From Bacteroidales bacterium UBA6680 (GTDB lineage: Bacteria; Bacteroidota; Bacteroidia; Bacteroidales; UBA6680), in assembly GCA_002454955.1 (NCBI GenBank), contig DKJY01000021.1:2525-66524 (forward strand): a DNA stretch of 64,000 nucleotides. Direction: 5' to 3'. Below the pieces are notes generated by a model. The model ran no database searches, was not told the DNA's origin, and saw nothing but the letters and a program-made list of their open reading frames with translations. Shown here piece by piece: positions 9,212 through 19,594 of this stretch; position 1 is the first letter of the stretch, and the number at the start of each line of letters is the position of its first letter. The position numbers were made by a program, and so were the translations under genes.

Positions 9212-10213
9212 TTAATTACTCTTATTACTAATAAACTCCGACATTGCCTCTGAAATCTCCTTTGGTTTATCAACCATAGGCAGATATAATGGACCATCTA
9301 TATGTTTGAACTTGCTATTTGTTATATTATTATTGAACAGCTTAGATATACGCATTGATGTTTTACCATTTTTATCGCAATGTATAACTAGGGTAGGGGT
9401 GGTTATTTTGCTTAACTGAGGTAATAGATCGTCTCTGTTTTTTGATAGCTCATATAGCTCCTGCCTTAACATCAGTACCTGTGCCTCTCTGTTACCATTA
9501 TACTGTAAAATCTCTTGGCAATAGTTAATCAGACTATCTGTTACAGCCTCATCATCGTGCGATATGTCTGCTAGTACATGTTTAATGAGACTTGATGCAA
9601 CTATTCGGCACCCAATCTTCTGTAGAATCGATAGTTTATTGTATTTAGGATCGTCAGGCGAAACACTATACTCATTGGCAAGCATCTCATCCTCCTCTTC
9701 AAACTCATTAAACGATATCCCCTCAGAATTTATAAGTATCATATTATTAATCTCATCAGGATATTTCAGAGCCATCTCAATAGCTATTGCTCCTCCAAAC
9801 GAGCAACCAGCAATGTTGTATCTGTTAATGTTAAGTTTCTCAAGTAACATATGTAAAGCATCTCTATGCGATGTCCTTGTATATATATTCTCAGGATATT
9901 TTCCGGTTAACCCATGTCCTAAGATATCAACAGATATAATCCTGTAATCCTTCTTAAGATGTTCAACAGATCTCTCCCAGGCGTGCAGCGATGTGAATCT
10001 GCCATGTATCAGCAGAATAACCTCTCCTGATCTGTTGCCCTGATCTCTGTAGTGCATCTTGGCTCCGTTATCAAGTAACATAAATTTAGACGACTCAGAT
10101 ATATACTTCTTTAACTGACTTTTAGAAAGATCAGGCTTGTAGAATACAGCGATAAACAGCACAATAAGTGCAACCATAAAAGTTACAATACCAAAAAGGA
10201 TTTTCTTAACCAT
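9212..10213 (-). CDS. Membrane-anchored alpha/beta-fold hydrolase
   Basis: 333-aa ORF with an N-terminal TM helix. It has an HG oxyanion motif (LLIHGRFTS) and a nucleophile elbow G-C-S-F-G-G. Confidence 0.7.
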   Translation of the reverse strand: MVKKILFGIVTFMVALIVLFIAVFYKPDLSKSQLKKYISESSKFMLLDNGAKMHYRDQGNRSGEVILLIHGRFTSLHAWERSVEHLKKDYRIISVDILGHGLTGKYPENIYTRTSHRDALHMLLEKLNINRYNIAGCSFGGAIAIEMALKYPDEINNMILINSEGISFNEFEEEDEMLANEYSVSPDDPKYNKLSILQKIGCRIVASSLIKHVLADISHDDEAVTDSLINYCQEILQYNGNREAQVLMLRQELYELSKNRDDLLPQLSKITTPTLVIHCDKNGKTSMRISKLFNNNITNSKFKHIDGPLYLPMVDKPKEISEAMSEFISNKSN

Positions 10214-10383
10214 TATCTATAATTTATGTCTTGCGAAACAGCTGCAATATAGTTGTTTTTAATAAAAATGTAATTCAGAACAGCTGTTACAAGTAAATAA
10301 ACGATGATTACTAATAGTTATTGCGTGAGATTAAAATACTTGTATATAGTGTATTAGCGATACTTGTTCATTCGTCAAAATAT

Positions 10384-10434
10384 AAATAGAGTGTCTGATT
10401 GTAACCATACTGGTTAGTATCAGACACTCTATTT
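10384..10434 (-). terminator. Long hairpin terminator downstream of the AraC/GyrI gene
   Basis: Perfect 16-bp stem AAATAGAGTGTCTGAT...ATCAGACACTCTATTT with an inner AACCA/TGGTT stem. It has AT-rich T-run flanks and lies about 60 nt after the stop at 10495. Confidence 0.6.
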
Positions 10435-10494
10435 AAAAGATTTTGCACATATAAACTATACAGAATTTTGTACTATACAGCTATAATAAGCGGA

Positions 10495-11427
10495 TTATTT
10501 TACCGGAATACAGATATCAATGGTATAGTTACCATCTACCGGAGCTCCAATATACTCCTCAAAGCATGGCTTATCATCGGGCATATAACCACTCTCTGGT
10601 AACCATGTTCCGTATGTCCAGTTCCATGCTCTCTGAAAATCGGCTCCTGTAAGTTCAAAACGAGCAACAGCATATCTCGATCCCTCAATAACCATTTTAC
10701 CAATCTCTCCACCGGTTTTAGTATTGGGCGGTACAGTAACACATAGTGTCATCCTCAGATTATCATTTACAGCACTATCCGGATTGTCATGATACATTAC
10801 CAGAAACCTGAAGTTATCTGTATTAATTAGTCCATGTGCACCTGCCCATGTAAAAAGTTTGTTACGTAACTCCTGAAACATCTCTTTGTTGCCATTGTAC
10901 GGACCAATATTTCTAACATATGCAACAGTAAGCTCTTCCAGTACTTTAACCTCAACACCTTTGTTTAATTCCATATCTGATCTCCATTTAATTGTTTGTA
11001 ATTCAGGACAAATATATGGTTCAGAAGAGTCTCTGTATTGTACTTTATTGCTATCTGTTTGATCTATATTGCTATTCTCTGTTTTTATATCTCTGTACTC
11101 CGATGCCGATATACCAAAATGTCTCTTAAAGCATCTTGCAAAGATTGATATATCTGTAAAACCACACTGCATTGCAATATCAGTTATTGATATATTATAG
11201 TTATTGAGTAGATACGTGGCAGCCCTCTGTACCCTTAATCGCTGAATAAAGCTGAATGGTGTCTCTCCGGTAAACGATCTGAATATACGATTGAAATGAA
11301 ATTTAGAGAAGTTTGCGGCATTAGCAAGCTCATCAAGTGTCATCTGCCTGCTCAGGTTATTCTCAATATAATCCATTGTTCGGTTTATTCTTGATGTGTA
11401 CTCGCTCCTCTGTCTGTCTTTTATCAT
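10495..11427 (-). CDS. AraC-family transcriptional regulator with a GyrI-like effector-binding domain
   Basis: 310-aa ORF. The N-terminal AraC HTH reads LDELANAANFSKFHFNRIFRSFTGETPFSFIQRLRVQRA...IAMQCGFTDISIFARCFKRHFG. The C-terminal ~150 aa are of GyrI/SOUL type (AYVRNIGPY...CIPV). Confidence 0.75.
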   Translation of the reverse strand: MIKDRQRSEYTSRINRTMDYIENNLSRQMTLDELANAANFSKFHFNRIFRSFTGETPFSFIQRLRVQRAATYLLNNYNISITDIAMQCGFTDISIFARCFKRHFGISASEYRDIKTENSNIDQTDSNKVQYRDSSEPYICPELQTIKWRSDMELNKGVEVKVLEELTVAYVRNIGPYNGNKEMFQELRNKLFTWAGAHGLINTDNFRFLVMYHDNPDSAVNDNLRMTLCVTVPPNTKTGGEIGKMVIEGSRYAVARFELTGADFQRAWNWTYGTWLPESGYMPDDKPCFEEYIGAPVDGNYTIDICIPVK

Positions 11428-11702
11428 AATAATTTTACTCTATATGCGAATATACAAAAAATGAATTCTGATAATAATTTACAATATGCTTTATGGTTAT
11501 CCGTTATTATTATATATTTACATATCAATATATAGAGATTTGTCAGCTTTTAGCAGATTTTTTTGAGATAGATTCCGGATATTTTATGGTTGTATTACAG
11601 TTGACAGCAGTGTTGTGAGTACTGTATGTGTTTTGCTATTTGTGTACGATTGCAGAAGCCGAAAAGCATAAAGAGTAGGCAAAATTATAAATTGTATTTA
11701 GC

Positions 11703-12101
11703 ATGAAAAAGATTGGAGTATTATTAGTTATGGCAATGTTTTGCCTGTTTGTAAACGCAAAAGCGCCACTACTGCCACAGGTAAAAGTTAAGGTTATTAG
11801 CAGCACTGTTATTGGCGATTTTGTTAAGGTGAAACTGGTAGTTGAAGCGCCTGAAATTCAGGGGCCATTTCAGGTGGTGCGTTGGTATGTAAAAGCTGCA
11901 GATGAGTCGGTATACAGACCATTACTTATGACAGAAAATCCGCTTGAACTGGTTTTTGTAAAGAGTAATAATGGATCGATTGGACATTCTGTAAGGGTAG
12001 ATATTACCGATGGCGAACCAGGAGGTAATATATGCAGAGGTGAAACATCTTTCTACACTCCGTTTAATACCTCTATACTTACATTTACACCTGCATTTTA
12101 G
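11703..12101 (+). CDS. Small secreted hypothetical protein
   Basis: 132-aa ORF with a signal peptide (MKKIGVLLVMAMFCLFVNAKA). A strong terminator follows at 12142. I recognised no family. Confidence 0.5.
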   Translation: MKKIGVLLVMAMFCLFVNAKAPLLPQVKVKVISSTVIGDFVKVKLVVEAPEIQGPFQVVRWYVKAADESVYRPLLMTENPLELVFVKSNNGSIGHSVRVDITDGEPGGNICRGETSFYTPFNTSILTFTPAF

Positions 12102-12141
12102 TTCTATATTCTATAATTTGAGATTTACTCAATGTAATTTA

Positions 12142-12173
12142 AACATGGTACCTGCTAGTACCATGTTTTTTTA
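12142..12173 (+). terminator. Intrinsic terminator
   Basis: AACATGGTAC-CTGCTA-GTACCATGTT stem-loop followed by TTTTTTTATTTT. Confidence 0.7.
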
Positions 12174-12228
12174 TTTTAAAGCTATTAATTTCCGGATAAT
12201 TATTAATCTGCTATACAGAGAACCTTTG

Positions 12229-13920
12229 TTATAAGATATTAAAATCTACCTTAGATACTTTCTTTAACCAAAGATTCTTTACTCTGCTATATGATACCCT
12301 CATACCAATAATATTATTATTACTGTCTCGTATAAAAAGAATCTCTTTCAGCGGAGAGTTGCTTATAAATTTATCTCTTTTGGCAAGAGCTTCTATTAAA
12401 AAATCGCCATGACGTGGGTGATGTCCCATTAAAGTATCATCCTCAGATGTTATAGTATAATATGTATCAAGCTCCGGACTGTAGTAACGTCCTGTATACT
12501 CTTTTATATATTCCGGAGAAATATCTACCGGAGTAAATGGTTTAAATATATTTGTAAATCTGTTTGATTTAACAATCATAGACTTTACAACTCTCTTATC
12601 TGTAATGAATTTTACCCTCCATTTAGCCTTTGGCATAATTATAAACTCACTATTACCAATATAACGCAGCGGACTCTCGTTACCCATTTTTCTATGGTAC
12701 CAAAGCGTATCGTTCTTTACATATATTTTACGCCACGAATATGCCTTATCAAACCAGTAATCGCCTTCGAATTTTTTGATATTCCTGATTTTTGCCGTTT
12801 TTTTATTATTGAATAATACCTCTTTATCTGCTATTTCTTTGAGTTCAGGAATAATAATCTCTGCTACTCTATTCAATTTACCACGCGGATTACCTCTTGA
12901 GAAGTTTGTTAATAGAACAATGCTTATGTTTTTATCCGGAAACGTACATGCAAATGATCTGAAACCACCAATACTACCTCCGTGCGATACTCTCTTTATA
13001 TTGTTTATGCTATCTATACGAACACCAAATGCATAATCCAGATAATCGCCATTATTAAGCAGATCTGTTGTCTGTATCATATCAAAAGCTTTTTCCCAAC
13101 CCGGTGTTGGTTTTATATAGTTATTTTGCCAACGCAACAGATCGTAAACATTGGTGTGTATATTACCAGATCCGGTATAGTTCCAGTACTCTACAGATCT
13201 GCTATAGCTGTTATCCTTTTTCTGATTGTAAGATGTAGCATTATTAGGTACCACATCTGTTGAGTTAGCCTCAACATAAGTATTATGTAATCCCAGAGGA
13301 TTAAATATCTCTCTCTTCATCCACTGCTCAAATACTTCGTCAGTAATGTACTCTATTATTAGAGCCATAAATATGTAGTTTGTGTTTGAGTAGAGATACA
13401 TATCGCCCGGCTTAAAGTTAAGATCACGCTGATTTTTCATAACCCTTATAAGGTCTTTGTTTGAACGAGGATCATTTTCCCTCCATCCGGCAAGGGTGAG
13501 TATAGAGTGCAAATCTCTTAAACCACTTGTATGATGCATAAGGTGTCTTATGGTTATTTTGTTACCAAAATCTGGTACAAATGGCAGATATTTTCTTATA
13601 TCATCATCAATAGATAATTTGCCTTCTAAATGAAGCTTTATTATACCTAGCGATGTAAATTGTTTAGATATAGAGGCAATATTAAATAGGGTAGTATCTC
13701 TGTTTGGTATATTGTAATCAATACTTGCCAAACCAAAGCTGTTGGTGTATATTATCTTTCCGTTCTGCATTATGCCAATAGCACCTCCCGGGGCTTTTGC
13801 TCTATTCCAATTGTTAACCATACTGTCTATTGATTTTACTGCAATATCATTAATCTGAGCATTTGATACAGAGTAAATTATTACAAGGAGTATTGTCAGG
13901 AGGCTTTTAGTTTTTGTCAT
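12229..13920 (-). CDS. Serine hydrolase of the beta-lactamase / penicillin-binding (class C-like) fold
   Basis: 563-aa ORF with a signal peptide. It has an SxxK motif (ASISKQFTS), a YxN motif (YSNTNY) and an HGG triad equivalent (SHGGSIGG), plus an extra ~200-aa C-terminal domain. Confidence 0.7.
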   Translation of the reverse strand: MTKTKSLLTILLVIIYSVSNAQINDIAVKSIDSMVNNWNRAKAPGGAIGIMQNGKIIYTNSFGLASIDYNIPNRDTTLFNIASISKQFTSLGIIKLHLEGKLSIDDDIRKYLPFVPDFGNKITIRHLMHHTSGLRDLHSILTLAGWRENDPRSNKDLIRVMKNQRDLNFKPGDMYLYSNTNYIFMALIIEYITDEVFEQWMKREIFNPLGLHNTYVEANSTDVVPNNATSYNQKKDNSYSRSVEYWNYTGSGNIHTNVYDLLRWQNNYIKPTPGWEKAFDMIQTTDLLNNGDYLDYAFGVRIDSINNIKRVSHGGSIGGFRSFACTFPDKNISIVLLTNFSRGNPRGKLNRVAEIIIPELKEIADKEVLFNNKKTAKIRNIKKFEGDYWFDKAYSWRKIYVKNDTLWYHRKMGNESPLRYIGNSEFIIMPKAKWRVKFITDKRVVKSMIVKSNRFTNIFKPFTPVDISPEYIKEYTGRYYSPELDTYYTITSEDDTLMGHHPRHGDFLIEALAKRDKFISNSPLKEILFIRDSNNNIIGMRVSYSRVKNLWLKKVSKVDFNIL

Positions 13921-14062
13921 TACTATTTGTATTAGTTATTATAACTGCAAGCAATATATAAAAAATAGATTATATGTTAAGTAAAGAGTTTTGTTTGTCC
14001 AATTTAATAATATGACTAACCCTATTTGTTGTTTCATGAGAGTTTTGTTTCTGGTATAAACC

Positions 14063-14377
14063 CAAAATGTTGTGGTAATAGATATCTGTGTTTATTATTG
14101 TAACTGTCTGTATATTAAGCTGCCCTTACAGGGCGAGGTCTTGATTCTCTGATACCTGAGGCGTTGCCTCAGGCTGTATAAGTTGCCACTTCGTGGCGAT
14201 TTGTTGCAATTATTACATTAACATATAGCTGCTTACTTTTTTTTGAAGATTATATTGTAGGCTACATTCTATAACCTGGATATTTACCTGCTTGCGATTT
14301 ATGTTCTTGTGGAGATATTACGGGCTGATGGCTCAGATTACTATACCCAATGCAATGCATTGGGTAACTAATATAGA
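14063..14377. repeat. GC-rich hairpin-cluster repeat, copy 1 (right end missing)
   Basis: It aligns with 16557-16880. The shared hairpins are CTGCCCT-TAC-AGGGCG, CCTGAGGC-GTT-GCCTCAGG, GCCAC-TTC-GTGGC and CCCAATGC-AAT-GCATTGGG. It lacks the right-hand CGCCCTGAAGGGGCAGCTT terminus seen in copy 2. Confidence 0.7.
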
Positions 14378-15088
14378 TCATTGATTAAACACATTTTAAA
14401 AGATAGATATTAGAGAATACTATACACAATAACCATTCAAAACATATGCCTTGCACTATTCTATATCCATCACAATATCTTTATAAACCTCTCCTGAATA
14501 TTCTGTATTAACAGCAAGAGTAGGAGGGTAGGTTCCCAAACAATTTACTGACAAAAAATAATTTTATGTCAGGTTTTTGGTGCTTTTATATCGTTTCTAA
14601 TATTCTGAATGGTATGAAATTAATATTATATATCTCTTTTATGAGTGAAATCGATATCAATTGTACAAAACAGATGATTAACAATTCTTTGAATGATACA
14701 TTTTGTTCAGTGCACTACAATCTTGAGTCATTTTGTCATGAAAATGGAGAAAATAGCAGATTGTAAACATTCATATTGATATACCACGACCAAAACAGAT
14801 CAATTTTGAGTGCGTTAAGGGTTGAAAAATTGAAAATAATCAATTTTTAAATTTTTTTTTGATGTTTTTTTGCCAAAATATCATTCCAAAAATTATTACT
14901 CTTGCAAAATGTATGTTATCTGTTGTTTATTAGTTAGTTGCGTTGCTAGTGCATTTTGATTATAACAAAATGTATTTTTTAGATTTATTACACTGTTTTA
15001 TGTATGTGTTCGTTGTTAATATATTGAAACAGAGATAAAAAGATAGAATAATATTTGCGTTGTATTATTTTATGTAATAAATTAGATA

Positions 15089-15814
15089 ATGTATAAAACC
15101 ATAATTAGAACGTTTATGAAAACTATACCATATTATCTTTTTACAGTAGACAGATTCTACTCATTCACAGAACGAATATTTAATGTATTAAACAGTGTTG
15201 ATATTGATGATGCTGACCTGATTAAGCTTAGAGGATTAATCTCTGGTTATCTGGAGAGGATTAAACTTGCAATGTATCAGCGTACTACCAAGGAGTTTAC
15301 CGATGATGTAAGTGAGAAGGATGATCTGTTTGATAATGCATTCAGAGCATTAAGATACTTTCTTAAAGCAAAACAGCTTGTTGGTAACGACGATATTAGC
15401 AGCGCTGCCGGCATAATTATAGCCATAATTGAGCGTCATGGTTGGACACTTAACGCACTTACTCTTAGTGAGCAGAACTCACGTGCAAAGAGCCTTATTG
15501 CCGACCTGAATGATCCTGAAAATATGAGTTATATTGTTTTGCTTGATGCTCATGAATGGATTAATGCTGTAGTAAACAGATTAGATTCTTTGGAGAATAG
15601 TATTGTTGTGAGAAATAGCTTTGTTGCAGGTGGTACTAAGGAGAATACGTCTGATTTGCGTAAAGTTGTTCGCGGACTTATTGATAGTATCATGTTACTT
15701 GTAACATCAAAAGCCAGTTTTTCTGATGATAAAAGTTGGGAAACATTGAGGAACGAGATATATCAGGTTATTGATAGCGAAGGAAAGGCTGCAAGAATGA
15801 GAAATAGAGTTTAG
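15089..15814 (+). CDS. Hypothetical helical protein (possibly DUF6261-like)
   Basis: 241-aa ORF followed by a good terminator. The composition is alpha-helical with no signal peptide. The resemblance to Bacteroidota DUF6261 proteins is from memory only. An alternative start is at M10. Confidence 0.45.
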   Translation: MYKTIIRTFMKTIPYYLFTVDRFYSFTERIFNVLNSVDIDDADLIKLRGLISGYLERIKLAMYQRTTKEFTDDVSEKDDLFDNAFRALRYFLKAKQLVGNDDISSAAGIIIAIIERHGWTLNALTLSEQNSRAKSLIADLNDPENMSYIVLLDAHEWINAVVNRLDSLENSIVVRNSFVAGGTKENTSDLRKVVRGLIDSIMLLVTSKASFSDDKSWETLRNEIYQVIDSEGKAARMRNRV

Positions 15815-15870
15815 TAATTTACTGGTTAATAATTGTTACTGTTTTGTAATCTGACAGTTTCGCTTTTTTT

Positions 15871-15907
15871 GTTCGGGAGGTTTTTCTAGTACCTCCTGAA
15901 CCTTTTT
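15871..15907 (+). terminator. Intrinsic terminator
   Basis: GTTCGGGAGGT-loop-ACCTCCTGAAC (11 bp including one G-T pair) followed by CTTTTTAT. Confidence 0.65.
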
Positions 15908-15923
15908 ATATCTATATATTTAA

Positions 15924-16514
15924 TTATAGTGTATGAGTACCATATGAGTAGTGGTTAAGCATTCTGAATGGTTCTGTTTTACTATCTTTTAATAACTTAA
16001 TTGCCTCAAACATCTTATTACCAAGATTGTTTGCTGATTCTTTGGCTTTTACAAGTTCTTCTTTTGTGGCGTAAGCACTTATAAACCCAGTGTTTGCAAT
16101 ACCATGTACAGTAAAGAATGTCTCTACTGTTTTTATAGCACCAGAATGCCCGATACTTCCGGCAGTTACAATTGTAGCACCCACTTTGTTGCCATTCATA
16201 GGTTGTATTGCATATGTTCTGTCTATAATTGTTTTTAGCTGACTGTTTATATCATAAAAGTATACCGGCGATGCTATAATTATACCATCAGCCTCTTTTA
16301 GTTTGATGTATAGTTCCTGCATATCATCTTTAATTACACAGCTTCCGACCACTTTGCATCTGTTACAGGCTCTACAGTGTTTAATATCTTTTCCGCGTAC
16401 TGAGTATATTTCTGTCTGTACACCAAGTTTGTTTAATGTTTCTAATGTGTTTGTAGCCAGCTCAAGTGTTCTTGATTTAGCTCTTGGACTTGATGATATA
16501 AGTATTATTTTCAT
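15924..16514 (-). CDS. Flavodoxin-fold NADPH-dependent FMN reductase / iron-sulfur flavoprotein (Isf-like)
   Basis: 196-aa ORF. It has an N-terminal MKIILISSSPRAKSRT flavodoxin-like motif, a compact Cys cluster C-RA-C-NR-C-KVVGS-C, and IIASPVYFYDINSQLKTIIDR. Confidence 0.7.
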   Translation of the reverse strand: MKIILISSSPRAKSRTLELATNTLETLNKLGVQTEIYSVRGKDIKHCRACNRCKVVGSCVIKDDMQELYIKLKEADGIIIASPVYFYDINSQLKTIIDRTYAIQPMNGNKVGATIVTAGSIGHSGAIKTVETFFTVHGIANTGFISAYATKEELVKAKESANNLGNKMFEAIKLLKDSKTEPFRMLNHYSYGTHTL

Positions 16515-16556
16515 TTTAATATACGTTGTTTCTATTTTATATGGTAAGATAGAATA

Positions 16557-16945
16557 AAAAATGTTGTATAAATAAATATCTGTGTTTATTATTGTAACTG
16601 TCTGTATATTAAGCTGCCCTTACAGGGCGGGTGTTGGTTCTCTGATACCTGAGGCGTTGCCTCAGGCTAAATAGGCTGCCACTTCGTGGCGATTTGTTGT
16701 ACGATATGTATAATTATTATATTAACATATAGTTATTTACCCTTTGATATGAGATTATATTGGAGGCTACATTCTATAATCTGGATATTTATCTGATTGC
16801 GATTTATGTTCTTGGAGAGATATTACGGGCTGAAGGCTCGGATTACTATAGCCCAATGCAACGCATTGGGTAACATATAGAAAGGGATTGTCGCCCTGAA
16901 GGGGCAGCTTAAAAATTTAGAGGCAGTTAGCATGAATTGCAGAGT
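16557..16945. mobile_element. MITE/REP-cluster-like element, copy 2 (complete, with inverted termini)
   Basis: The left core AAGCTGCCCTTACAGGGCG (16611-16629) is the inverted complement of the right core CGCCCTGAAGGGGCAGCTT (16892-16910). Weaker inverted similarity extends about 30 nt further out on both sides. Inside are GC-rich triloop hairpins separated by an AT-rich core. No ORF is present. Confidence 0.6.
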
Positions 16946-17049
16946 TTGTTTGCTGAATTAATCAGTCCATAGATAACCCTCATTGCAATCAGCGTTATTA
17001 GTTTGGAGGAAGTTAAATAGTAAATATTCTGTTTCGAACAGAAATGTTA

Positions 17050-17733
17050 TTACAACAAATCCTCAATTATACCTGCATTTTCATTCTCTATCTTGTTGAA
17101 TAACTCATTCTCAAACTCAGTGAATCGATTTTTATCTCTGGTATACTTTATCTGTCCGGCATCAAGGTAGTGGATAAGATCACACAGATTTGTCAATGTC
17201 TCAATAATATGTGAGGTGATAATTACAGTTTTGCCTTTCTCTTTTAACTTAAGTAGTATCATACGAATAATCCGACACGATTCAATATCTAATCCATTGA
17301 ATGGTTCATCCAGAATTAATACGGGTTTGTCCTGTTTAAGTATACTCATTAGTGCCAGTTTCTTCTTCATGCCTGTTGAGTACTTCTCAACAATTGTATC
17401 AAGAGGAAGTATGAATAGCTGGTTCCACTCATCTACATTAAAATTGTTGTTTCTGAACAGGCTAAGATATTCGCGGCCGGTAATATTTGTGTAGAAGAAG
17501 TTATCTGTTGTAAGATATGCTATATTCTTTTTGTTAAGTACGCTGTTGTTGTGTTCTATTGTACCACTACTACTATTTTTAAGACCATAAATAGTATTTA
17601 ACAGTGTTGTTTTACCGGCACCGTTAAGTCCGACAATACCATGTATTAACCCATCTTTTAGTGATAGATTCAGGTTATTAATTACTCTGTTTCTCTTGTT
17701 GTATGTTACCGTTATGTTATTAATTGTAATCAT
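17050..17733 (-). CDS. ABC transporter ATP-binding protein
   Basis: 227-aa ORF with Walker A GLNGAGKTT, a signature-like YSTGMKKKLAL, Walker B VLILDEPFNGLD and an H-loop ITSHI. Confidence 0.85.
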   Translation of the reverse strand: MITINNITVTYNKRNRVINNLNLSLKDGLIHGIVGLNGAGKTTLLNTIYGLKNSSSGTIEHNNSVLNKKNIAYLTTDNFFYTNITGREYLSLFRNNNFNVDEWNQLFILPLDTIVEKYSTGMKKKLALMSILKQDKPVLILDEPFNGLDIESCRIIRMILLKLKEKGKTVIITSHIIETLTNLCDLIHYLDAGQIKYTRDKNRFTEFENELFNKIENENAGIIEDLL

Positions 17734-18664
17734 TCAGGTGTTGGTTAAGGTTATTAATTGATTTTATATAGAACCTGATTCCCATAATTATTGTAAGGGG
17801 CAGGAGTGGAGCTATTAGTGCTCCTATAGCGCCTATTGCTACCAGTGTTTGAGCAGCCTGCGATTTTACGTTTGGTTTATAGAGTGCATATTTTACAGTA
17901 ATGGCATATATATGCAGTGTGAGTAGTACAATATATTCTGTTGCAACTATATACCATAATGTATGGTTAAAAGCTATAAATAGTATAACCATCGGAATCA
18001 TTATTACGGTGTATATCTGAAAGTGTCTCTTGATCTTGAGTGCCATTAGTTTTTTGGAACTAAGCTCATACGATGTAAGTATCTGTAAAGGTTCGCACTG
18101 TTCATAGAAGCTCAGTACTATTATTCCAATAATAAACATAACTACTGGTATAGTCGCTGTATAAAACGATGCTGCAATTCCGGTTATCCATATAGCTGCT
18201 AATACAATCAGGTATCGTCTTGTACCTGATTTAAACTCTATGCTATCATTAGGTATAAGTTTCTGTAACCAACTGTTGTAACTTCGGTTTTGTGGTTTGC
18301 TATCTATATTTACTGTAAGAGCTATTGATATAAATATAATTAGTGGTTTGAATTGGTTATTTGCTATGAGTGCTGCTATTACAGGTGCAGACAATATTAT
18401 ATACTCTGTGAGCATTACTGTTTTGTAATTTGTAAAGTGACTTTTTAAGAATAGTTTGTCTTTACGTTTTATGTGTATAATCAGGATAAGGAGATTAAAA
18501 CCTAAGCTGATGTATAGTGCATTTGTGTAATCGGCAGATTTAATAAACAGTGCTGATATCAGAAATGTGATTATTGCAATAAGGAGTATAAAGCGTAGCA
18601 GGCCAATATCTTTTAACGATCTGTATAGCTGTTTTAAACGTATTAGAATTAGAGATTGTACCAT
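17720..18664 (-). CDS. Polytopic membrane protein, probable permease partner of the ABC ATPase
   Basis: 314-aa ORF with about 8-9 hydrophobic helices. Its stop overlaps the ATPase start by 14 nt. I recognised no family motif. Confidence 0.55.
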   Translation of the reverse strand: MVQSLILIRLKQLYRSLKDIGLLRFILLIAIITFLISALFIKSADYTNALYISLGFNLLILIIHIKRKDKLFLKSHFTNYKTVMLTEYIILSAPVIAALIANNQFKPLIIFISIALTVNIDSKPQNRSYNSWLQKLIPNDSIEFKSGTRRYLIVLAAIWITGIAASFYTATIPVVMFIIGIIVLSFYEQCEPLQILTSYELSSKKLMALKIKRHFQIYTVIMIPMVILFIAFNHTLWYIVATEYIVLLTLHIYAITVKYALYKPNVKSQAAQTLVAIGAIGALIAPLLPLTIIMGIRFYIKSINNLNQHLNDYN

Positions 18665-18816
18665 CTTTATTATTGATTATATGGTACAAATATAACCTAT
18701 TGATATATCAGTTGGTTGTTAAATTACGTTAATGCCGTTTTAATGTTTCTAAGAGTTGTTTGGTTCTGATATGTAATAGCGTGTGATATGTTGTTTCAGG
18801 GAGAGAGATAATCAGA

Positions 18817-18857
18817 AACCAAATGTAATCTCTGTTGGGAGTAGATTACATTTGGTT
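18817..18857 (-). terminator. Hairpin terminator after 18870..19409
   Basis: Perfect 15-bp stem AACCAAATGTAATCT...AGATTACATTTGGTT, 13 nt after the stop. Confidence 0.55.
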
Positions 18858-18869
18858 GTTTGGGTTAAG

Positions 18870-19409
18870 TTAACCCATATTTGCATATACCATTAGTGCA
18901 GCAAAAGGTATAAATGCTGTAATTAGTAATAGTCTGTTCTTTGTTTTAGATGGTATATTTTCTTTTGAGTAGTTAGGATTCTCTGTTGCTATTTTCTCAT
19001 TTATATAGAGTGTCATTGCATCATCTGAGGATCGCATACCATCTTTTTTGTTTGGAGCAAATGATACAAGTTTATGTTTACCTGATTTGTTGTCGTAATA
19101 TTTTATGGTTACAAACCATGGCGATAAGAAGTGAAACTTTGTTGTCCACTCTATATCTTTGTACGGAACCAGTACCTTTTTTGAGATCTCTGATATTTCT
19201 AAACCATCCTCTGTTGCAGTTATGTTTTTTAATATTAATGGTAACCTATGCACTAATAGCAGTGACCATACTCCTGAAATAATATATGTTGTAGCAAAGC
19301 TTGGGTCATCGGTAGTATTAAGTTTTAAAATACCTGCTATTATAATAACTAACGACCCAATTGGAAGTACATATTTGAATATTGGAGTTAAAGGCGAACT
19401 TTTATACAT
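18870..19409 (-). CDS. Hypothetical membrane protein
   Basis: 179-aa ORF with two N-terminal and one C-terminal hydrophobic helices flanking a soluble middle domain. I recognised no family. Confidence 0.5.
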   Translation of the reverse strand: MYKSSPLTPIFKYVLPIGSLVIIIAGILKLNTTDDPSFATTYIISGVWSLLLVHRLPLILKNITATEDGLEISEISKKVLVPYKDIEWTTKFHFLSPWFVTIKYYDNKSGKHKLVSFAPNKKDGMRSSDDAMTLYINEKIATENPNYSKENIPSKTKNRLLLITAFIPFAALMVYANMG

Positions 19410-19594
19410 GATTTTATTATTTAATGAATTATATTCTGGTTACTATTTACGGGGTATTTAATATTCTGTTAAGGAGGGCAAAAATATATAATTTTATTGT
19501 AGTTGTATAGTGTTATGTGTACAAAATGATATAAATATTGTGGGCTATTTGTAGTTAAAAGCTACTTTTGTAGGTGAGGTAAAAATAAATTGAT

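Noticed and set aside
14566-14766. 66-aa ORF in the 1.2-kb gap between the hairpin-cluster repeat and 15089..15814.
   Set aside because: It has no recognisable motif, signal or ribosome-binding context. The composition is odd and Cys/Asn-rich, as expected by chance in AT-rich intergenic DNA. I kept it as non-coding.
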